Shown: piece by piece, positions 1 through 10,672 of the stretch
Position numbering within the stretch: the stretch's first letter is position 1
How the letters are laid out: each line of letters begins with the position of its first letter
Origin: Eubacteriales bacterium
Lineage (GTDB): Bacteria; Bacillota; Clostridia; Lachnospirales; Lachnospiraceae
NCBI GenBank assembly: GCA_030524715.1
Contig: JAUNGB010000020.1
Coordinates: forward strand, 306 to 64,305
Length of the DNA stretch: 64,000 bases
Direction: 5' to 3'
Made by a program: the position numbers and the translations under genes
The notes under the pieces: model-generated
What the model was told of the DNA's origin: nothing
The model's database searches: none
Seen by the model: the letters and a program-made list of their open reading frames with translations, nothing else

Positions 1-220
1 AGGCAGGCCAGGCGGTGGTGTGAGGATTCTGTGCGTGAATCATGGAACCGGCCTCGGAGCCCCGTGCAACTGAAGTACGGCGTCATTCCTGCGTTAACGG
101 AAATCGAGAGAGCAGAACAGGAGATATCTTTACACAAGAGGTTTTTTGTAATGCTAATTAGGGTGGTACCGCCGAAGCAGTTCGGTCCCTTGTGAGGGAT
201 TGAGAGGCTTCTTTTTTTAT
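1..220 (+). promoter_or_regulatory. T-box riboswitch leader of proS (5' part truncated by window edge)
   Basis: T-box consensus AATTAGGGTGGTACCGC at about 156-172, followed by a hairpin and U-tract (about 175-218), directly upstream of an aminoacyl-tRNA synthetase. Confidence 0.9.
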
Positions 221-316
221 GAGAAAAAGTATCTCTGCCCGGACGGGTATTATAAAAAGTGAGCCTTTAAATCCCACAACCAATCAGTGAATCACATAAA
301 AGGAGAGAACAAAACC

Positions 317-1756
317 ATGGCAAAAGAAAAGAAATTAGTAGAAGCCATCACTTCCATGGAGGAAGATTTCGCCCAGTGGTATACCGACGTGGTAAAAAAA
401 GCAGAGCTTTGCGACTATACCAGCGTCAAGGGCTGCATGGTCATCAAACCTGCAGGGTATGCAATCTGGGAGAACATCCAGAACGAGCTGGACCGCAGAT
501 TTAAGGAAACAGGCGTAGAAAATGTTTACATGCCTATGTTTATTCCGGAATCTCTGCTGCAGAAGGAAAAGGATCATGTAGAGGGCTTCGCTCCGGAAGT
601 CGCATGGGTAACACATGGAGGACTGGAGCCTCTGCAGGAGCGCCTGTGCGTACGTCCCACCTCTGAAACCCTGTTCTGCGATTTCTATCAGAAAGAAATC
701 CACTCTCACAGAGACCTGCCGAAGGTTTATAACCAGTGGTGCTCCGTTGTCCGCTGGGAAAAGACGACCCGTCCTTTCCTCCGTTCCCGTGAGTTCTTAT
801 GGCAGGAAGGCCATACGGCCCATGCAACCGCGGAGGAAGCAGAAGAGAGAACCATTCAGATGCTGAACGTATATGCGGATTTCTGTGAAGAGGTACTTGC
901 GATTCCGGTTATCAAGGGAAGAAAGACGGACAAAGAGAAATTTGCAGGTGCGGAAGCAACCTACACTATTGAATCCCTGATGCATGACGGAAAAGCCCTT
1001 CAGTCCGGTACCAGCCATAACTTCGGCGACGGCTTTGCCAGAGCCTTCGGTATCCAGTATACGGACAAAGAAAACAAGCTGCAGTATGTACATCAGACAT
1101 CCTGGGGTATGACCACCCGTATGATCGGCGCCATCATCATGGTACACGGCGATAACAGCGGCCTTGTCCTGCCTCCGAGAATCGCGCCTGTGCAGGCTGT
1201 GGTCATTCCCATCCAGCAGCGCAAGGCAGGGGTTCTGGAAAAGGCGGACGAGCTTTACGCAGCGCTGAAAGCAGCAGGCATCCGTGTGAAGGTTGACGAT
1301 ACGGACAAGAGTCCGGGCTTTAAGTTTGCAGAGCAGGAGATGCGCGGTATTCCGGTACGTATCGAATGCGGTCCCAAGGATATCGAAAACGGTCAGGCTG
1401 TTATCTGCCGTAGGGACACCAGAGAAAAATATACGGTTACCTTTGAAGAGCTTGCAGAAAAGGTCAAAGAAATTCTTGATATTATGCAGGCGGATATGCT
1501 GGAACGCGCCCGTGCGCACCGGGACGCGCATACCTATGAAGCCACAGACTATGAAACCTTCAAGGATACCATTAACAACAGGCCGGGCTTTGTAAAAGCA
1601 ATGTGGTGCGGCTGTCAGGAATGCGAAGACAAGATTAAAGAAGACGTACAGGCAACCTCCAGATGTATCCCATTCGAGCAGGAACATCTGAGCGATACCT
1701 GTATCTGCTGCGGCAAGCCTGCAAAGAAGATGGTTTACTGGGGCAGGGCATACTAA
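317..1756 (+). CDS. proS: Proline--tRNA ligase (archaeal/eukaryote-type)
   Basis: Motifs [25 protein letters not shown] and C-terminal zinc-binding region ending GRAY; SD AGGAG before ATG 317. Confidence 0.97.
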   Translation: MAKEKKLVEAITSMEEDFAQWYTDVVKKAELCDYTSVKGCMVIKPAGYAIWENIQNELDRRFKETGVENVYMPMFIPESLLQKEKDHVEGFAPEVAWVTHGGLEPLQERLCVRPTSETLFCDFYQKEIHSHRDLPKVYNQWCSVVRWEKTTRPFLRSREFLWQEGHTAHATAEEAEERTIQMLNVYADFCEEVLAIPVIKGRKTDKEKFAGAEATYTIESLMHDGKALQSGTSHNFGDGFARAFGIQYTDKENKLQYVHQTSWGMTTRMIGAIIMVHGDNSGLVLPPRIAPVQAVVIPIQQRKAGVLEKADELYAALKAAGIRVKVDDTDKSPGFKFAEQEMRGIPVRIECGPKDIENGQAVICRRDTREKYTVTFEELAEKVKEILDIMQADMLERARAHRDAHTYEATDYETFKDTINNRPGFVKAMWCGCQECEDKIKEDVQATSRCIPFEQEHLSDTCICCGKPAKKMVYWGRAY

Positions 1757-1824
1757 AAAGTACAGGTAAGACGGGCAGGTTCCGATTAGGGAATTCTGCC
1801 CGTTTATTCCGTCTGTTTATCGGG

Positions 1825-1869
1825 GCGGATATTTGCATTCCGATTTGCTGCATGCTCAATGAACGCAGG
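1825..1869 (-). repeat. Dispersed REP-like intergenic repeat (other copies near 2632, 10482, 13361, 15508, 22692)
   Basis: Consensus ATGAGCATGCAGCAAAGCGGAATGCGAATRTCCGC in either orientation. Confidence 0.8.
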
Positions 1870-1887
1870 GTCCTAAGCGACCTGCGT

Positions 1888-2613
1888 TCAAATACTGTTC
1901 AGGTGGTTTTGGTATGCTTTTATACAATGTCCAGTTGTCTGTCTCTGGCAAAATGCCTGTTCCCCAAGGCTGTTTACCGGCATGATCCCCATCAGGGAAT
2001 TGGTCACAAAGCATTCTTCCATCTGTAAAATGTCTTCTTTTTTTAAGATACATTCCGTAACATTGAAATTTTCCATGACAAACCGCCGCATCACGCCCGG
2101 AAGCAGTCCGCAGGAGACAGGCGGCGTGTAGATCTTTCCATTACGGACAAAGAAAATATTCGTAGTGGTTCCCTCGCAGATTTCCCCTTTGCTGTTGAGG
2201 AAAATCTGTTCGTCCGCATTCAGGGAAGCAGCGCGGCGCTTTTCCAGGATACAGTCTCCGTAATTCATTGTTTTATGCCGCACCAGCGGGGAGGTTTCGT
2301 TGCGGTATACGCTGCTGTAAACAAGGCGGAAGCCCTTTTGGATTTTATCGGGCGTATAGGGATTGGGCCTTGTGGTAAAAAGCAGGTTTTTATCGGAAAC
2401 CATGATTTTCAGAGCATAATGCTCCCCCTTCCGGGAGGACAAAAACTCCATAACCGCCGTTTTCGTAACGGTCCGGGAAATCCCAAACTCCGTAAGGGAA
2501 GCGTGAAGTCTTTCCAGGTGCCGACCAAGAAAAACCGGCCTGCCGTTCTCCACACTGATAGTCTCAAAAAGTCCGAGACCGAACTGATAGCCTTCATCTA
2601 ATATGATCTGCAT
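1888..2613 (-). CDS. pabC: Aminotransferase class IV, probable 4-amino-4-deoxychorismate lyase
   Basis: G.GLFET, HLERL, HKTMNY, EGTTTNIF and GLLPGVMR motifs; downstream of pabA/pabB. Confidence 0.85.
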   Translation of the reverse strand: MQIILDEGYQFGLGLFETISVENGRPVFLGRHLERLHASLTEFGISRTVTKTAVMEFLSSRKGEHYALKIMVSDKNLLFTTRPNPYTPDKIQKGFRLVYSSVYRNETSPLVRHKTMNYGDCILEKRRAASLNADEQIFLNSKGEICEGTTTNIFFVRNGKIYTPPVSCGLLPGVMRRFVMENFNVTECILKKEDILQMEECFVTNSLMGIMPVNSLGEQAFCQRQTTGHCIKAYQNHLNSI

Positions 2614-2723
2614 AATGATAAATCCCTCCCAATGAGCATGCAGCAAAGCGGAATGTGAATGTCCGCCTGACCCTTCAGATTTCCATACTGAAGATTGCTG
2701 CAGCCAAAATATTTAAACCAATG

Positions 2724-4181
2724 TCATAAGCAGCCCAACGCATCAAGAAGTGCTCTGGCCTTCTGGATAGTTTCCTCGTATTCAAATTCCAGGTCTGATT
2801 CATAGGTGATTCCGCCGCCTGCGCCCAGATAGTACATACCGTCTTTATATAAAGCTGTCCGGATGACGATATTAAAATCGCAGTCTCCGTCCAGAGACAG
2901 ATATCCCATGGAACCTGTATAAAGATTCCGCCTGCCATGCTCCAACTCGTCGATCAGCTCCATGGCTCGAAGCTTCGGCGCCCCTGTGATGGAGCCGCCT
3001 GGAAAGGCCGCTTCCAGAAGATCCATAACGGTCAGTTCCGGACGAAGCTCCCCGACGATATTGGAGATCAGATGGAAGACAGTAGCATAGGCTTCCACAG
3101 TAAATAATTCTGTGACCTTCACGCTTCCCGGAACACATACCCGGTTCAGGTCATTGCGCTCCAGATCCACGATCATCAGAAGCTCGCTTTTGTCCTTCTC
3201 AGACAATTCCAGTTCCCGCCGAAGGGCGGCGTCTTCTTCAGGGGTGCTGCCGCGCTTTCTGGTTCCTTTGATAGGGCGGGTCTGTATCTTGCGGTTTCGC
3301 ATTTGCAGAAAACGTTCCGGAGAAGCGCATACCACCTGAAAGCTTCCATAATTAAAGTATCCGCCGAAAGGAGATGGGTTTGCTGTACGAAGCCTCTCAA
3401 ACATCTCATAGGGAGGCATGGAGCTTGTGATCTGTAACTGCTGGGTCATGTTGGCAATGTAAATATCTCCCTCGACGATATACTGTATCATCCGCCGGAC
3501 TGCATCCTTGTAATCTTCCTTTGTGAAATTAGCGGTGACTGCTGCAGCGGCACTCTCAAGAGGATAGCGGTGTACGGCAGTGATATTTGATTTCAATCCC
3601 TGGGCAGGGTCGGGAAAACTTTCTTCCCTGACGGATACGGCGCTGTTTTCGTCGGCGGGGGACTGGTTTCCCTGGCTTTCCAATGCCTTGGCTCGGTAGA
3701 CAAGGCTCAGAAGAATTTCCATACCGGCGTCGCAGTCCTGGCCATGCCCGTTTGCCACGAGAGAAAGCCTGTGGTTTTCATGATCTTCAATGATAAAGCT
3801 GTCATAAAAAATCAGGATACAGTCCGGAATGTCTACATCTTTTTCATATTGTGCCTTTACCCGCTCCTTTTCCCTTCCGTAGTCATAGGAGAAATATCCC
3901 ACCGCGCCGGAAACCAGCGGAAGGGAGGCGGTATTTTTTTCCTGATGGGTACGCAGATATTTTTTTACATAGGCTTCAAAGCTTTCCTCTGAGGGCTTTC
4001 CGTTGACAGTAAATTGTTCTCCGTTTACCAGCTTCAGATAAGGATGCAGGGCAATGATGGAGTAACGCCCAAGCTGGTTTTGAAGGGAGGAATCCAGAAA
4101 AACAGAATCCTCTTTGTCATGTACCAGTGCAAAGATCCGGTGGATGGGCGGGTAATTGTCAAATTCCTGTATAAGCTGCAT
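2724..4181 (-). CDS. pabB: Aminodeoxychorismate synthase component I
   Basis: SPERFL, TRPIKGT, ELLMIVDLERNDL and FPGGSITGAPK chorismate-binding motifs. Confidence 0.92.
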   Translation of the reverse strand: MQLIQEFDNYPPIHRIFALVHDKEDSVFLDSSLQNQLGRYSIIALHPYLKLVNGEQFTVNGKPSEESFEAYVKKYLRTHQEKNTASLPLVSGAVGYFSYDYGREKERVKAQYEKDVDIPDCILIFYDSFIIEDHENHRLSLVANGHGQDCDAGMEILLSLVYRAKALESQGNQSPADENSAVSVREESFPDPAQGLKSNITAVHRYPLESAAAAVTANFTKEDYKDAVRRMIQYIVEGDIYIANMTQQLQITSSMPPYEMFERLRTANPSPFGGYFNYGSFQVVCASPERFLQMRNRKIQTRPIKGTRKRGSTPEEDAALRRELELSEKDKSELLMIVDLERNDLNRVCVPGSVKVTELFTVEAYATVFHLISNIVGELRPELTVMDLLEAAFPGGSITGAPKLRAMELIDELEHGRRNLYTGSMGYLSLDGDCDFNIVIRTALYKDGMYYLGAGGGITYESDLEFEYEETIQKARALLDALGCL

Positions 4182-4764
4182 GGGTCTCCCTCCATCTCTT
4201 ACATATTTTGTGAAAATTCATTAAGAGTTCGTGACCATACTGTGTCAGGACTGCCTCCGGGTGGAACTGTACCCCGTATACAGGCATATCCTGATGCTGA
4301 AGTCCCATGATCGCCCCGTCCTCGCTCCATGCGGTGACGCGGAGTCCGGGAGGAAGCTGTTCCTTTGACACAATGAGAGAATGATAGCGCGTCACTTCAT
4401 AGGCTGCGGGCAGTCCTTCAAAAAGCCCGGTTCCATCATGGTGGATCATGGTGATTTTCCCATGCATGGGGCGAGAGCCCTTCTTTACGGTTCCGCCAAA
4501 GGCCTGCCCGATGGTCTGATGGCCAAGGCATACGCCGAGAATAGGGAACTTGTTCTGAAATTCTTTTAAAACGAGGTGAGATTCCACTGCGTCTGCCGGA
4601 CGTTTGGGACCGGGAGAGAGAATGATTCCCTCTGGCTGCAGCTTATAAATTTCGGAAAGCGTTACCTCATCGGCACGCCGTACCAGAACCTTCTGTCCAA
4701 GCTCTTTCATATAAGCGGACAGATTATAAACAAAAGAATCGTAATTATCAACCATAAAATACAT
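4159..4764 (-). CDS. pabA: Aminodeoxychorismate/anthranilate synthase component II (glutamine amidotransferase)
   Basis: DNYDSF, SPGP, GVCLGHQ, RYHSL and QFHPE motifs. Confidence 0.92.
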   Translation of the reverse strand: MYFMVDNYDSFVYNLSAYMKELGQKVLVRRADEVTLSEIYKLQPEGIILSPGPKRPADAVESHLVLKEFQNKFPILGVCLGHQTIGQAFGGTVKKGSRPMHGKITMIHHDGTGLFEGLPAAYEVTRYHSLIVSKEQLPPGLRVTAWSEDGAIMGLQHQDMPVYGVQFHPEAVLTQYGHELLMNFHKICKRWRETHAAYTGI

Positions 4765-4847
4765 AAAAAAAGACCTACCTCACTTTCTGCGGAAATTCAC
4801 AGTCGTTATCCTAAAGCAAGATTAGGTCCGTAACCTGTATAAACTGC

Positions 4848-4876
4848 ATTATAAAGAAAAAATGCGGCCTTGTCAA
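4848..4876 (-). promoter_or_regulatory. Sigma-A consensus promoter of the pab operon
   Basis: Minus strand reads TTGACA-17 bp-TATAAT. Confidence 0.85.
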
Positions 4877-4950
4877 ACCTTATTTGTTTCTTGAAAAGGC
4901 CCAAGACGCATGGTAAACTTAAATAAACATTTGTGTAGAAAGGAAAAATT

Positions 4951-6309
4951 ATGACTTTAGAAATCCCATCAAAGGTAGAACAAATTCTTCATATATTGGA
5001 AAACAACGGCTATGAGGCTTATGCCGTAGGCGGTTGTGTCCGCGATTCTGTTCTGGGCAGGACGCCGGACGACTGGGACATTACCACCTCCGCAAAGCCG
5101 GAACAGGTCAAGGCATTATTCCGCCGTACGGTGGATACCGGGCTGCAGCACGGCACCGTGACGGTTCTTATGGACAAAGAAGGCTTTGAGGTGACGACCT
5201 ACCGGGTAGACGGAGAGTATGAGGATGCCCGCCACCCTAAAGAAGTGACCTTCACCGCCAGCCTGGAAGAAGATCTGAAAAGGCGGGATTTTACCATCAA
5301 TGCTATGGCGTATAATCCGGTCCGCGGGATCGTGGATCTTTTTGACGGTATGGAGGACCTGAAAAAAGGGGTCATCCGCTGTGTGGGAAATCCCAGGGAA
5401 CGATTTACAGAGGATGCCCTGCGTATTCTCCGCGCTGTCCGGTTTTCCGCGCAGCTGGGCTTTCAGATCGAAGAGAGAACACGGGACGCCCTCCGGGTTC
5501 TGGCACCGAATCTGGAGCATGTCAGCGCAGAGCGTATTCAGGTGGAGCTTGTGAAGCTTCTTATCTCTCCCCATCCGGATTATTTCCGTATTGTATGGGA
5601 AGAGGGAATTACCGGGGTATTTCTGCCGGAGTGGGACGCATGCATGGAATGCGCGCAGAATACACCCCATCATTGCTATACGGTCGGAGAACATATCTTG
5701 CACAGCCTTCTGAATATCAGGGCGGACAAGGTTCTTCGCCTTACAATGCTCCTTCATGATATCGGCAAGCCGGTGGTAAAGAAAACTGACGAAAACGGCC
5801 GCGACCATTTCAAAATGCACGGCCCGGAGAGTGAGAAAATGGCTCATACGATCCTTCGCCGCCTGAAATTCGACAACGATACCATCCATAAGGTATGCCG
5901 TCTGATCAAATGGCACGATTACCGCCCGATCCCGGAGCCGAAGTACGTGCGCCGGGCCGTCAACAGGATCGGAGAGGATATTTTCCCTCTTTATCTGGAA
6001 GTACAGGAAGCCGACATGCTTGCCCAGAGCACTTACCGGCGTGAAGAAAAGCTTGCGCGCATTCAGGGGGTGGCCGCCTGCTTCCATGAAATACAGGAGT
6101 CCGGACAGTGTGTTTCCTTAAAAACACTGGCGCTCTCAGGCCGGGATCTTATCCGTGCAGGCTATGCTCCCGGGCCGGAAATAGGAGAGATCCTCAACGG
6201 GCTTTTGGAGCATGTACTGGATCATCCCGGGGACAATACAAAAGAGAAGCTTCTGACGCTGCTTCCTCCCACAGAAGACTCCCCGACAGTTTCCGTTCAC
6301 CAAAGCTGA
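4951..6309 (+). CDS. cca: CCA tRNA nucleotidyltransferase with HD domain
   Basis: VGGCVRD, DWDITT, RRDFTINA, EDALRILR and LLHDIGK motifs. Confidence 0.93.
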   Translation: MTLEIPSKVEQILHILENNGYEAYAVGGCVRDSVLGRTPDDWDITTSAKPEQVKALFRRTVDTGLQHGTVTVLMDKEGFEVTTYRVDGEYEDARHPKEVTFTASLEEDLKRRDFTINAMAYNPVRGIVDLFDGMEDLKKGVIRCVGNPRERFTEDALRILRAVRFSAQLGFQIEERTRDALRVLAPNLEHVSAERIQVELVKLLISPHPDYFRIVWEEGITGVFLPEWDACMECAQNTPHHCYTVGEHILHSLLNIRADKVLRLTMLLHDIGKPVVKKTDENGRDHFKMHGPESEKMAHTILRRLKFDNDTIHKVCRLIKWHDYRPIPEPKYVRRAVNRIGEDIFPLYLEVQEADMLAQSTYRREEKLARIQGVAACFHEIQESGQCVSLKTLALSGRDLIRAGYAPGPEIGEILNGLLEHVLDHPGDNTKEKLLTLLPPTEDSPTVSVHQS

Positions 6310-6400
6310 ATACAGGGAGTCTCCCCTGAAATCACCCGCATATCCCCCCGGGCCCGGACATAAGAATAGAAGGTACAAAAACTAAGAGGGGGATACACAA

Positions 6401-7384
6401 TTGTATGATTACGGACTCAGCACCCTGGAGCAGTACGGACTGACCGCCCGGTCGTCCTCACGTACCCGCGGCGCTCTGCTGTGCCAGACGGAACAGGGAC
6501 TTCTTATTATCAGGGAATTTCACGGCTCTGAAAAAAAGCTGAAAAAACAACAGGAGCTGCTTCTTACTCTCCGGGATCATGGCTGCCGGGTGGACAGCTA
6601 TCTGGAGAACCAGGAGGGAAACCTTGTTACCCGCGACCGGGACAATATCCCTTTTACCCTTCAGCACTGGTATGAGGGCAGAGAATGCGATACACGCTCC
6701 AGAGAGGATATTCTGAGAAGCGTCCGGACCCTGGCCTGTATACATAAGGTCATGAAGCTTCCTCTGGTAGACGATTACACCGAAAAATCCCTGGAAGCGG
6801 AATACACCCGCCACAATCAGGAGCTTCGCAAAATCCGCAAATTTGTCCGCAGAAAAGGCCCGGCAAGCCCCTTTGAAAAGGACTTTGTTTCCAGTGTGGA
6901 GTGGTTTCTTGCAAAAGGCGACGAAGCGCTTCTGATGCTCCGCGATTCCGGCTATGAGGCCCTGCGCAGAGCTGCCCTTGATCAGGGTCGCATCTGCCAC
7001 GGAGAATACAATCAGCATAATGTCCTGATGACAAAGACCGACACTGCGGTTACAAATTTCGGACATTGGGGCTATGATATCCAGATGGCGGATCTGTACC
7101 GCTTTATGCGCAAAATCCTGGAAAAATACAACTGGGACGTAAGCCTTGCCAGGGAAATGCTGAAAACCTATCATAAAGAATATTCTATTTCGCCGGAAGA
7201 ATGGCAGAATCTTAAAATTCGTTTTACCTATCCTGAAAAATACTGGAAGCTGTCAAACTATTACTATTCTCATAACAAAGCATGGATTTCGGAAAAAAAT
7301 ATGGAAAAGCTGAGAACTCTCATCCGGCAGAAAGAAATCTGGGAGCGGTTTACCTGGAAGTGCTTTGAAAGCTATCCCTTTTAA
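6401..7384 (+). CDS. CotS-family spore coat protein (kinase-like fold)
   Basis: ICHGEYNQHN, DLYRFMRKILEK and YPEKYWK pattern; TTG start. Confidence 0.8.
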   Translation: MYDYGLSTLEQYGLTARSSSRTRGALLCQTEQGLLIIREFHGSEKKLKKQQELLLTLRDHGCRVDSYLENQEGNLVTRDRDNIPFTLQHWYEGRECDTRSREDILRSVRTLACIHKVMKLPLVDDYTEKSLEAEYTRHNQELRKIRKFVRRKGPASPFEKDFVSSVEWFLAKGDEALLMLRDSGYEALRRAALDQGRICHGEYNQHNVLMTKTDTAVTNFGHWGYDIQMADLYRFMRKILEKYNWDVSLAREMLKTYHKEYSISPEEWQNLKIRFTYPEKYWKLSNYYYSHNKAWISEKNMEKLRTLIRQKEIWERFTWKCFESYPF

Positions 7385-7563
7385 CCATCCGGGACACACA
7401 GGACAAAATTCGTTTTACAAATTCATTTTTCACACAGAAAACACAGGGATTTCCCTTTATTTTTCAGGGCAACTGTTGTATAATGGGAATACAAGTCAGG
7501 CTGTCCGGAGAAAGCTTGTTCCGGACAGTTCCAAAATAACGTATATAGGGAGGTACTTATAGT

Positions 7564-9297
7564 ATGGAATACAAAGAGGTGTATGCTCAGTGGCTTGAGA
7601 ACCCATACTTCGATGAAGCAACAAAGGCAGAATTAAAAGCAATTGAAAATGACGAAAACGAGATTAAAGAACGTTTTTACATGGATCTGGAATTTGGTAC
7701 CGCAGGTCTGCGCGGGATTATCGGCGCAGGTACGAACCGCATGAATATTTATGTAGTAAGACGTGCGACACAGGGCCTTGCAAACTATATCGCAAAGGTA
7801 GACAAACAGTCCCAGGGTGTTGCCATTGCCTATGATTCCCGCCACATGTCCCCGGAATTTGCCCAGGAAGCGGCTCTTTGCCTTGCGGCAAACGGAATTA
7901 AAGCATATATTTTCGAATCCTTAAGACCGACGCCGGAGCTGTCCTTTGCAGTACGTCATTTAGGCTGTGCGGCAGGTATCAATATCACAGCCAGCCATAA
8001 CCCGCCGGAATACAACGGCTACAAGGTATACTGGGAAGACGGCGCGCAGATCACACCGCCTCATGATACAGGAATCATGGGTGAGGTTAAGGCGATTTCC
8101 GACTGGAATACCGTTAAGACCATGGACAAGGCAGAAGCTGAGGCGGCAGGCCTTTTTGAAGTCATCGGACAGGCAATCGACGATGCGTACATGGCTGAAC
8201 TGAAGAAACAGGTTATCCATATGGACGCTATCGAAGCAGAGGGCAAAAACCTCAAGATCGTTTACACCCCGCTTCATGGAACAGGAAATATCCCTGCAAG
8301 AAGAATCTTAAAAGAGCTTGGTTTTGAAAACGTATATGTAGTAAAAGAGCAGGAACTCCCGGACGGTGATTTCCCCACTGTAAGCTATCCGAACCCGGAA
8401 GCAGCAGAAGCCTTTGAGCTTGGCTTAAAGCTTGCCAAAGAGATCGACGCGGATCTGGTTCTGGCGACAGACCCGGATGCAGACCGTCTCGGCGTTCGCG
8501 TAAAGGATAAGAACGGCGAATACCATGACCTTACCGGAAACATGTCAGGCTGCCTTCTTGCAAACTATGAGATCGGCCAGAGAAAGGCTGTAAACGGAAG
8601 CCTTCCCGAGGACGGCACTCTTATTAAGACCATCGTTACCACCAATCTGGCAGACGCCATCGCCAAAGGCTACGGTGTGAACCTGATCGAGGTCCTGACA
8701 GGCTTTAAGTTTATCGGACAGCAGATCCTTGGCTTTGAGAACAGCGGCAAGGGAACCTACCTCTTCGGATTTGAAGAGAGCTACGGCTGTCTGATCGGAA
8801 CCTATGCAAGAGATAAAGACGCCATCGTGGCTACTATGGCTCTTTGCGAGGCTGCCGCTTACTATAAGACTCAGGGCAAGACCCTCTGGGACGCTATGAT
8901 TGAGATGTATGAAGAATTCGGCTACTACAAGGATGCGATCCAGTCCGTATCCCTGAAGGGAATCGAAGGGCTTCAGAAGATCCAGGAGATCATGAATACT
9001 CTTCGTGAGAAACCGCCTGTAGAAATTGCAGGACATAAGGTTGTTTCCGCAAGAGATTACAAGAAGGATACCATTACCGATATCGCGACAGGAGAAGTGA
9101 AGCCTACCGGCCTTCCCAATTCCAATGTTCTTTACTATGACCTGACAGACGACGCATGGTTATGTGTAAGACCGTCCGGAACAGAGCCGAAGGTTAAATT
9201 CTACTATGGCGTAAAGGGAACCTCTCTTGAGGACGCCGACGAGAAATCAGAGGTTATGGGCAAGGCTGTCCTTGACATGGTAAATTCCATGATGTAA
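7564..9297 (+). CDS. pgm: Phosphoglucomutase / phospho-sugar mutase
   Basis: FGTAGLRG, TASHNP, DPDADR, FEESYG and RPSGTEPK motifs. Confidence 0.93.
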   Translation: MEYKEVYAQWLENPYFDEATKAELKAIENDENEIKERFYMDLEFGTAGLRGIIGAGTNRMNIYVVRRATQGLANYIAKVDKQSQGVAIAYDSRHMSPEFAQEAALCLAANGIKAYIFESLRPTPELSFAVRHLGCAAGINITASHNPPEYNGYKVYWEDGAQITPPHDTGIMGEVKAISDWNTVKTMDKAEAEAAGLFEVIGQAIDDAYMAELKKQVIHMDAIEAEGKNLKIVYTPLHGTGNIPARRILKELGFENVYVVKEQELPDGDFPTVSYPNPEAAEAFELGLKLAKEIDADLVLATDPDADRLGVRVKDKNGEYHDLTGNMSGCLLANYEIGQRKAVNGSLPEDGTLIKTIVTTNLADAIAKGYGVNLIEVLTGFKFIGQQILGFENSGKGTYLFGFEESYGCLIGTYARDKDAIVATMALCEAAAYYKTQGKTLWDAMIEMYEEFGYYKDAIQSVSLKGIEGLQKIQEIMNTLREKPPVEIAGHKVVSARDYKKDTITDIATGEVKPTGLPNSNVLYYDLTDDAWLCVRPSGTEPKVKFYYGVKGTSLEDADEKSEVMGKAVLDMVNSMM

Positions 9298-9302
9298 CAG
9301 CT

Positions 9303-9698
9303 ATGGAGAACAATTATCAGGCTGCCTTTGACGAGCTGGTAAAGGTGGTTTATGAATTGCGTGAAAAATGTCCGTGGGACAGTGTGCAGACGCATGAAAG
9401 CCTCGGCGTTTGTCTTCAGAATGAAACAGAAGAGGTTCTGGAAGGAATTGACGCTTTAAGCCGCGAAGGCAGCGGAGATAATTTGTGCGAGGAGCTTGGG
9501 GATGTCCTGATGCTGGTCATCCTCCAGAGTATCATTGCCCAGGAGGAAGGGCTGTTCACATTGGAAGACGTCATTTTCGGAATTTCCTCTAAAATGAAAT
9601 ATCGGCACCCAAAGATTTTTTCACCGGGAGACGAGGCGGCCGCCTCTCTTTCCTGGGAGGAACTAAAGAAAAGGGAAAAGCAGCTTCGCAGAAAGTGA
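9303..9698 (+). CDS. MazG nucleotide pyrophosphohydrolase-domain protein (single domain)
   Basis: CPWD..QTHESL, EELGDVL and K..RHP motifs; yabN position. Confidence 0.85.
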   Translation: MENNYQAAFDELVKVVYELREKCPWDSVQTHESLGVCLQNETEEVLEGIDALSREGSGDNLCEELGDVLMLVILQSIIAQEEGLFTLEDVIFGISSKMKYRHPKIFSPGDEAAASLSWEELKKREKQLRRK

Positions 9699-9836
9699 TG
9701 GAAACATACCATAAACGATAGGAAAAAGCCTTGACAACTTGAAACAAAAGGTATATATATAGTAAACAGAGCATCGTTGCCACTGCGACAGGTGCGGATT
9801 AACAACAAAGAGAGATCATTTAGAGGAGGAAACACC

Positions 9837-10115
9837 ATGAATAAAACAGAATTAGTAGCAGCAATGGCGAAAGAGACAAACCTGGCGAAGAAAGACGTAG
9901 AAGCTGTTTTGAAATCTTTCATCGATGTTGTATCTGATGAACTGAAAAACGGTGGAAAAATTCAGTTGGTTGGCTTTGGTACATTTGAGGTAAGCGAGAG
10001 AGCTGCCAGAGAAGGAAGAAATCCTCAGACCGGCGAGTCCATGGAGATCAAAGCTTCCAGAGCTCCGAAATTTAAAGCAGGCAAGGCTTTAAAGGATATG
10101 GTTAACGGCAAATAA
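9837..10115 (+). CDS. hup: HU family DNA-binding protein
   Basis: MNKTELV...GFGTF...GRNPQTG...PKFKAGKALK. Confidence 0.97.
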   Translation: MNKTELVAAMAKETNLAKKDVEAVLKSFIDVVSDELKNGGKIQLVGFGTFEVSERAAREGRNPQTGESMEIKASRAPKFKAGKALKDMVNGK

Positions 10116-10189
10116 GAGAACAGATGAACGATAACCGGGGGAACGATTTTTCGCGTTCCCCCATTTTTCGTCTTTGAGAGGAATGAAAA

Positions 10190-10429
10190 ATGAGATTAGA
10201 TAAGTATTTGAAGGTATCAAGACTGATAAAAAGAAGAACGGTCGCCAACGAAGCCTGCGATTCCGGCAGGGTACTGGTGAACGATAAGCCTGCGAAAGCC
10301 TCCGTACAGGTAAAGACAGGAGATACCATTGAAATCCAGTTCGGAAGTAAAAATGTAAAGGTTGAGGTTCTGGATGTAAAAGAAACCGTAAAGAAAGAAG
10401 ACGTGGAAAGTATGTACCGTTACCTCTGA
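10190..10429 (+). CDS. yabO: S4-domain RNA-binding protein (YabO/RqcP)
   Basis: MRLDKYLKVSRLIKRRTVA signature and synteny. Confidence 0.9.
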   Translation: MRLDKYLKVSRLIKRRTVANEACDSGRVLVNDKPAKASVQVKTGDTIEIQFGSKNVKVEVLDVKETVKKEDVESMYRYL

Positions 10430-10517
10430 TAAAGAGGGCGGCTGGCCGGATGGTCTATTTCATATCGGGGCAGCATAGACTAGAGCAAGCGGCAAAGCGG
10501 AATGCGGATGTCCGTTT

Positions 10518-10605
10518 TAGAGCATATTTGAAAATTGCTTTCTGCAAGATGTATCCCACAAAGTGGGGGATGCAGATTGCGGGAATGAATTTTCAAACGC
10601 GCTCT
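10518..10605 (+). repeat. Second intergenic repeat family (other copy about 15568-15655)
   Basis: AAATTGCTTTCTGCAAGA...TCCCACAAAGT.GGGGATGCAGATTGCGG.A.GAATT shared. Confidence 0.8.
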
Positions 10606-10672
10606 GGCATTGGTTTTGGCAGAAGGGGTTGCGGTAAGCGGGATTCCCGGCCCAAATGAGGGGAGGCTGGCT

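Noticed and set aside
797-1687. Long antisense ORFs (also 5116-6087, 16636-17619, 29888-30901, 55120-56010, 58054-58998)
   Set aside because: Shadows of well-supported genes on the opposite strand with no recognisable motifs
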